46,108 nt of DNA from a virus, in the IMG/VR virus record IMGVR_UViG_3300045988_154120, positions 1 through 46,108 of that record. One strand, written 5' to 3'. A program made the position numbers and the translations under genes. The first letter of the stretch is position 1; the number at the start of each line of letters is the position of its first letter. Below are positions 41,701 through 46,108 of this stretch, piece by piece. Below the pieces are notes generated by a model that was given only the letters and a program-made list of their open reading frames with translations, did no database searches and was not told the DNA's origin.

Positions 41701-42121
41701 GAAGAAATTCAGATTTTACCCCCTTGTCGCACACCCGTGACCCAGTTTTTTTGAACTCCCCACGCCGTTCCCCAAAGTGCAAAAAACTTTTTGAAAGATA
41801 GGGGCGGTCTATGCTGATCTGACCCATGCTATGGCGCTTTCAGGGTTAAAAATCAAACCTATGCAGCTATCACAACGCCGCCACGTTCACGGCTTCAGTC
41901 ATATGACATTTATATATTTGTTATTGTGTTGAAAGATGTTTCAACATGCATTGTTGAAAGCGTTGTTTCATAACATGGCCATGACTACATTAATAGAACA
42001 CACGCGCACGTTCTTATATATGCAATAAGTCTTGCATCACTCCAATATATTGGATTATATATATCAACTCCATACACTCCAACACGTCCATTGTCTTCCT
42101 GGAACTGAAGCAAACCCCCAC

Positions 42122-42146
42122 AAAAAAAAGGACGTTCACAACGTCC
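42122..42146 (-). terminator. Strong minus-strand intrinsic terminator
   Basis: GGACGTT-GTG-AACGTCC followed by T8 when read on the minus strand. Confidence 0.7.
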
Positions 42147-42316
42147 ATACATGTATATATTACTAGTCTGTTAACTATATGTTATAAGACTAGAACCGAA
42201 CACGCTTAAAAGCCTTTTAAATAGGCACTTGCGTGCATGTTTGAAAAGATAAAAGCTTTTTGAAAAAATGAGCACTAAAAAAAATAAGTTTAGGAGGTGT
42301 AAACATAGAAGAAAAA

Positions 42317-42340
42317 AGACACGCTCAATTTTGCGTGTCT
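42317..42340 (-). terminator. Hairpin at the XRE gene stop
   Basis: AGACACGC-N8-GCGTGTCT with a T-run on the minus strand. Confidence 0.5.
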
Positions 42341-42581
42341 AGTCTTTGTTTTCTTGTATATCATTTATATTTAATTCAATTATTTTTTCTTTTGTTGTCT
42401 TGTCAATTATATTTATTTCCAAGCCCATCCAATCGCATAACTTTATAAACTCACCTAAATTCATTCTATCGTTTGAAATCGTGTTACTTAATGATTGACG
42501 CGTACGGTTTATATGTTTTGCGTATTCTATTTGTGTTTTGTTTCGCATCGTGAACAACGCTTTTATTTTCTCTTTTAACAT
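42339..42581 (-). CDS. XRE-family HTH regulator (80 aa from the internal Met)
   Basis: MLKEKIKALFTMRNKTQIEYAKHINRTRQSLSNTISNDRMNL is an HTH. The N-terminal 57 codons of the tracked ORF cover the promoter region and are probably not translated. Confidence 0.7.
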   Translation of the reverse strand: MLKEKIKALFTMRNKTQIEYAKHINRTRQSLSNTISNDRMNLGEFIKLCDWMGLEINIIDKTTKEKIIELNINDIQENKD

Positions 42582-42623
42582 TTTTTGCCGTCCTTTCTTT
42601 ATGTGTATATTATCATATTTACT

Positions 42624-42708
42624 TTGTAAATTCAAACTACAACGTTGTAAATAAAAAATATTACATTCTATTATTGACAATGTAATATTTATGATGTACA
42701 TTGTAAAT
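42624..42708. promoter_or_regulatory. Divergent control region: three TTGTAAAT boxes, plus TTGACA-N17-TACATT driving the plus-strand operon
   Basis: TTGTAAAT occurs at 42624, 42645 and 42701. The -35 is at 42674..42679 and the -10 at 42697..42702. Confidence 0.5.
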
Positions 42709-42745
42709 GTCTTAAGAGACAAGCCACACGAAAGGAGGTGCAAAC

Positions 42746-42913
42746 GTGGCAAAGTATAAACGTAGCAAACCGATGAAACGTCGCGATAGAAAAAAGCGCG
42801 AAAAAAAAGAGCGCATGATTTCGTACCTATCCAAAACGTTCGAAATTATATACACGCTCTTAATCGGTGAAGCCCTCAAGCTTCTTGCTAAATATCTAAG
42901 TGACTTATTTTAG
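42746..42913 (+). CDS. 55-aa protein with a very basic N-terminus and amphipathic C-terminus (GTG start, missed by the ORF track)
   Basis: AGGAGG lies 6 nt upstream. Manual translation gives (M)AKYKRSKPMKRRDRKKREKKERMISYLSKTFEIIYTLLIGEALKLLAKYLSDLF. A hairpin follows at 42896..42922. Confidence 0.5.
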   Translation: MAKYKRSKPMKRRDRKKREKKERMISYLSKTFEIIYTLLIGEALKLLAKYLSDLF

Positions 42914-43040
42914 TCACTTAGGTACTTATATTATACCACGTTTTAAAATATGGAACTACTAAAAATAGCGTTATTACTATCGTTAGCATTTAATGCATAT
43001 CTTTTAAAAAAAATAATTGAAAAGTAAGGAGGTAAAGATT

Positions 43041-43541
43041 ATGTGTGAAATGAAAGCTTATATTACAAATTTAGGAAAATATAACGAGGGTGAATTGGTT
43101 GGAAAGTGGATCAGTTTCCCAATCGATGAGGACGATTTTCAAGATAAACTTGAAAGCATTGGAGTGAAAGAAAACACAATGTATGAAGAGTGGTTTATAA
43201 CTGATTATTATTGTTCATTGTTCGATATGTATGATGCATTCGGTGAATATCCAAGTATTGACGATATTAACGAAGTGGCTGAAGCATTAGAAGATAATGA
43301 AAGTGTATTCACTGCTTTATTGGAAGTATGCAGCTATGAGGACGCTTTAAAATACTTAAAAAGTGAAAATTATACTTTTTATCAGGGTATGACGTTGGAA
43401 GATGTAGCGCATGAATTAATTGAAGAATGTTACAACCTCCCAGAAATTGCACAAAAATATTTTGACTATGAAGCGTTTGCGTGTGATCTTGAGTATGATG
43501 GATATACTGAAACTTCAAACGGAGTTATTTGTTTATGGTAA
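43041..43541 (+). CDS. ardA: ArdA anti-restriction protein
   Basis: YITNLGKYNEGELVGKWISFPIDEDDF... closely parallels Tn916 Orf18/ArdA (YIANLGKYNEGELVG.WF.FPID). AGGAGG precedes the ATG at 43041. Confidence 0.9.
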   Translation: MCEMKAYITNLGKYNEGELVGKWISFPIDEDDFQDKLESIGVKENTMYEEWFITDYYCSLFDMYDAFGEYPSIDDINEVAEALEDNESVFTALLEVCSYEDALKYLKSENYTFYQGMTLEDVAHELIEECYNLPEIAQKYFDYEAFACDLEYDGYTETSNGVICLW

Positions 43542-43684
43542 CCCGCAAAGATCTTGACAAGATGAGCGCCTTCAAGGTGCTCATACTTGCATTTTTAAAA
43601 TTATATTTAGCAGCGTGCACATCTACATTGATCATGGGTATAATATTGGGCCTTTTAAATATCATACTCCCATTTATTTATTAA
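43535..43684 (+). CDS. Possible 49-aa membrane peptide
   Basis: Manual translation gives MVTRKDLDKMSAFKVLILAFLKLYLAACTSTLIMGIILGLLNIILPFIY. Its ATG overlaps the end of ardA. Confidence 0.35.
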   Translation: MVTRKDLDKMSAFKVLILAFLKLYLAACTSTLIMGIILGLLNIILPFIY

Positions 43685-43701
43685 TTGCAGGAGGTTAAAC
43701 A

Positions 43702-43974
43702 ATGGAACTTTTAGAAATTAAATTATTGCATAAATATGCAAGAATAAGATCATATATGAATGATCTTATTTCTGGTAATTTTGTTATATATGATTTTCTT
43801 TATGAATGTCTTGCGGATCATATTAAATCATTTATTTATGATCTTGCTTATATCGAAAATGAAAAAGTTATACGCGTTTATTATGATCAACTTTTAGTTG
43901 ATTCTAAACAAGTAAGCAAAGAACTTTATACACTTGTTATAACTATTTTTGAAGATAATGAATGGAGGTTTTAA
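43702..43974 (+). CDS. Hypothetical protein (90 aa)
   Basis: Tracked ORF with an AGGAGG SD. Confidence 0.55.
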   Translation: MELLEIKLLHKYARIRSYMNDLISGNFVIYDFLYECLADHIKSFIYDLAYIENEKVIRVYYDQLLVDSKQVSKELYTLVITIFEDNEWRF

Positions 43975-43976
43975 AA

Positions 43977-44207
43977 ATGAATAATAAAGAATATATTGAG
44001 TTTACAGAAAAAAAACTAGATCGACTAAATGGATCTAGCTGCAAGCCTTACACAATTACAAAACATTTAAACGGTTTATATGATCTTAACTATGGTTTAG
44101 ATACCATTGCTTGGATGCTTGAACCGCGCGAGCTTTGGCTACTTGTAAACACATTATATACATTGGATATTTTAGGAGGGCTAAAAAATGACAATGTGGA
44201 AGCGTGA
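43977..44207 (+). CDS. Hypothetical protein (76 aa from the internal Met)
   Basis: A GGAGG SD lies 8 nt upstream of the ATG at 43977. Confidence 0.55.
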   Translation: MNNKEYIEFTEKKLDRLNGSSCKPYTITKHLNGLYDLNYGLDTIAWMLEPRELWLLVNTLYTLDILGGLKNDNVEA

Positions 44208-44778
44208 ACGAAACCATTTTAATTATTATGTTACAAACGAAAGAAAACAACCACACATTTACGTTGAAGCGTTAGGAACTCCAAGCGCTTCAACTGAAAA
44301 AGTTTTAAAAGATCATGGTTTTAAATTTGATCATAATAAATGTATGTATGCAGCAGCTCAAACAAATGACTTGAGGTTGTTCGTGGCGCATGATCTTGAC
44401 AAGCTTTTCAACTATGATATTCAAATATATTTCAATACTGAAGCTAAAAAAGAACTTTTCGCGCCTGATATCCAAGAAATAAAAGATATCTGTTATTATT
44501 TCAAAATTTATAAATGCTATGTTGATATTTTAAATAAGGATCTTTTTAAGATCTGTAAGCCTGGATCAAAAAGCTTGCTAGCAACTTATAATACCAGCTT
44601 TAAAACTATAGATGTTTTTAATAGAAACAAGCTTATAGAAAGCTATGTGTATAATAATGGTAAAATCGAGAAAATGATCGTAGAAAAAGCTGCACCAAAA
44701 AAGAAGAAAGCAGCAACTACAGAAACAGAACAACAAAAAATCAATAAAATGTTAGAAGAGTTTGAGTTTCCATTTTAG
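44188..44778 (+). CDS. Hypothetical protein (196 aa)
   Basis: Tracked ORF with a GGAGGG SD. Confidence 0.6.
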   Translation: MTMWKRERNHFNYYVTNERKQPHIYVEALGTPSASTEKVLKDHGFKFDHNKCMYAAAQTNDLRLFVAHDLDKLFNYDIQIYFNTEAKKELFAPDIQEIKDICYYFKIYKCYVDILNKDLFKICKPGSKSLLATYNTSFKTIDVFNRNKLIESYVYNNGKIEKMIVEKAAPKKKKAATTETEQQKINKMLEEFEFPF

Positions 44779-44791
44779 GGGGTAAAAATAT

Positions 44792-45349
44792 ATGGGATAT
44801 ATTGGAAATAAAATGAGCGTGCGCGCTTATGAAGCTTATGAAAGTGGTGAAAAGCCACTTTCAAAATGGACTAAAAACGATATTATAGAATGCGTTTTAA
44901 ATGTTAGAAATGACTTTCAAGAAAAAGAATTAAAAATTTATAGCAAAGAAGTTTTAAAAGCTTTTCTAATCTGTAGCTCTTGGCATCATACGGGATCATA
45001 TTTCAATGAAACTAATTTCTATAGTTTAGATCTTGATTTTATTGAACTATCAAAAATTGAAATAATCCAGGTACTTGAAAAGAAGAAAAAAGATCTTGAA
45101 AAAGAGAAAGAAGAAAAAAAGATTTTAAAACTTCAAAAATGCAAATTTAAATATATTGAATGGGCCGGAACTCGAAAACATCCAAAAGCAATAGAAAAAG
45201 AATCATACGGCATCATAAAAGGATCATGGATATACTACAAAGACGGCAAAAAGTCATTAAATGGTAAATATGTTCATGTGGTTGAAATGCTTGAACGTGC
45301 ACCGCGCGGAACTGCTGCACTATTTAAACAAATTGAAAAGGACTTGTGA
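44792..45349 (+). CDS. Hypothetical protein (185 aa)
   Basis: Tracked ORF with a GGGGG SD. The N-terminus reads MSVRAYEAYESGEKPLSKWTK. Confidence 0.6.
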   Translation: MGYIGNKMSVRAYEAYESGEKPLSKWTKNDIIECVLNVRNDFQEKELKIYSKEVLKAFLICSSWHHTGSYFNETNFYSLDLDFIELSKIEIIQVLEKKKKDLEKEKEEKKILKLQKCKFKYIEWAGTRKHPKAIEKESYGIIKGSWIYYKDGKKSLNGKYVHVVEMLERAPRGTAALFKQIEKDL

Positions 45350-45363
45350 AAGTCCTTTTTTTA
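45337..45363. terminator. Bidirectional terminator at the convergence of the plus-strand island and the minus-strand early operon
   Basis: AAAGGACTT-GTGA-AAGTCCTTT followed by T-runs. Confidence 0.7.
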
Positions 45364-45912
45364 ATGTCTTCTCATTTCTTTTTGAATCAGCTTTTTTTTG
45401 ACTGGATTCGATGCGAAAAAGTTCATGAAAAGTTTTGTTTTAAACTCGTATTCTTTTTGATCCATTTCTTTTATATCCAAAACTCTTTTAAATATCACTA
45501 TCGCAATAAAGTTTGCAAACAAGTTTGCATCTTTTTCTATTTCCTGATTCTCATAGTGTTTGCTGCTTGAATCCTTATAACTTTCAAGTTCATTTTTCCA
45601 TATAGAAACGCTTCTTTCATCCATAGAAAATACTTTTTGATTCTTCTTATATACACATGCATATTGATATAAATGTCTAATTTCATGAGCTAGATATATA
45701 TAAACTAGACTTCTATCTTTGCATAAATCCAAGTTCACACAAATTACATTTTCTTTAGGGTATGATGTACATATGCTGGTATCTTTCACTTGAAAAAGTT
45801 CTTTATTGATTGGCTTATTTTTAAGATCATAAAACTTTTCATTTTCTTTAAAGTAAACTTTTGGAATCTTTATATTTAATAGTGTGCATAGAAAACTTAC
45901 ATAATCATTCAT
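45361..45912 (-). CDS. Putative zinc metallopeptidase-like protein with an HExxHxxQ motif
   Basis: YIYLAHEIRHLYQY carries the motif; the protein is 183 aa. Confidence 0.5.
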   Translation of the reverse strand: MNDYVSFLCTLLNIKIPKVYFKENEKFYDLKNKPINKELFQVKDTSICTSYPKENVICVNLDLCKDRSLVYIYLAHEIRHLYQYACVYKKNQKVFSMDERSVSIWKNELESYKDSSSKHYENQEIEKDANLFANFIAIVIFKRVLDIKEMDQKEYEFKTKLFMNFFASNPVKKKLIQKEMRRH

Positions 45913-45949
45913 GCATCCATTATATCTGAAAAACTTTATTTTGAAAAAC

Positions 45950-46053
45950 TTATTTATCTAGGATCAAAAAAACTTTTTCAAGTTGTTCTTGAGACGTTGG
46001 AAAAAACTTTTGAGATTCTTTTTCATACTTGCATAGAATCGAACCGTCAAAAA
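45950..46053 (-). CDS. C-terminal 34 codons plus stop of the junction-spanning 95-aa ORF (see 1..184)
   Basis: The frame runs continuously from position 1 to the stop TAA at 45952..45950. Confidence 0.5.
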
Positions 46054-46108
46054 ACTTTTCCAGCAACTGAGAAAACTTTTCTTTCTTCACATAATAAACA
46101 TAATTCAC
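46054..46108. repeat. Terminal overlap, a duplicate of 1..55
   Basis: Exact identity. Confidence 0.95.

Noticed and set aside
41660-41827. A 55-aa minus-strand ORF (MGQISIDRPYLSKSFLHFGERRGEF...) in the GC-rich non-coding region.
   Set aside because: It has no SD and atypical composition. The open frame is probably a by-product of locally higher GC, and it spans the late palindrome. I treat it as non-coding unless Ribo-seq says otherwise.
41801-41882. A possible tRNA, suggested by GGCGG...CCGCC ends about 75 nt apart in the GC-rich spacer.
   Set aside because: I could not build a cloverleaf. There is no GTTCRANYC T-loop, no D-arm and the acceptor pairing is poor.
45346-45570. Plus-strand 74-aa ORF running past the bidirectional terminator into the HExxH gene.
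   Set aside because: It starts within the terminator hairpin, and it is antisense to a better-supported gene.
1-46108. A search for CRISPR arrays, DGR template/variable repeats, reverse transcriptase or retron-like elements, tandem type III antitoxin repeats, and invertible fibre segments.
   Set aside because: I saw no repeat-spacer array, no RT gene, no 30-40-nt tandem repeats upstream of a toxin-like ORF, and no oppositely oriented partial fibre ORFs or flanking inverted repeats in the tail module.

Overview
The window is a complete, circularly closed genome of an AT-rich temperate siphovirus-type phage, apparently from a Firmicutes host. The first 55 bp are identical to the last 55 bp, so the unique unit is 46,053 bp. 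I found no rRNA, tRNA or CRISPR array. All family names below were recognised by eye from motifs and gene order; no database was searched.

Reading down the minus strand, the modules are:
- An 820-bp ORF-free, locally GC-rich region (41.5-42.3 kb) that probably holds cos and the late control region.
- HNH endonuclease, P27-type TerS, TerL, portal, prohead protease and an HK97-like capsid.
- Neck proteins, major tail protein, the G/G-T chaperone with an A9 slippery run, tape measure, Dit, and a Tal carrying a ricin-like insert.
- Baseplate and fibre proteins, then XkdW/XkdX/XhlA-like genes.
- An unexplained six-gene block (19.5-22.2 kb).
- Holin and amidase endolysin, then attP, which carries a tRNA 3'-end mimic.
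- Integrase, a two-gene cassette bracketed by a duplicated int 3' end, and mazEF.

A CI-like repressor on the plus strand faces the early operon through a divergent promoter with three GTATG-N5-CATAC operators. The early operon holds an RHH protein, an Xis-like HTH, a DUF2829/Tad2-like protein and a second tyrosine recombinase. It continues with a DnaD-like replisome organizer containing internal iterons, a DnaC-like loader, a degenerate C5-methyltransferase, a dimeric dUTPase-like protein, many small ORFs and an ArpU/DUF1492-like regulator. Two plus-strand morons are embedded antisense in this operon.

A plus-strand, ardA-led island (42.3-45.3 kb) with its own XRE switch sits beside the putative cos.

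The signals I rate most worth follow-up are:
1. The cargo block inside the lysis cassette.
2. The ardA island.
3. A dense, strand-oriented AAAACTTT(T) motif array across the circular junction.
4. An identical 17-bp palindrome upstream of both the packaging operon and the holin.
5. The int 3'-end duplication.
6. The antisense-overlapping morons.
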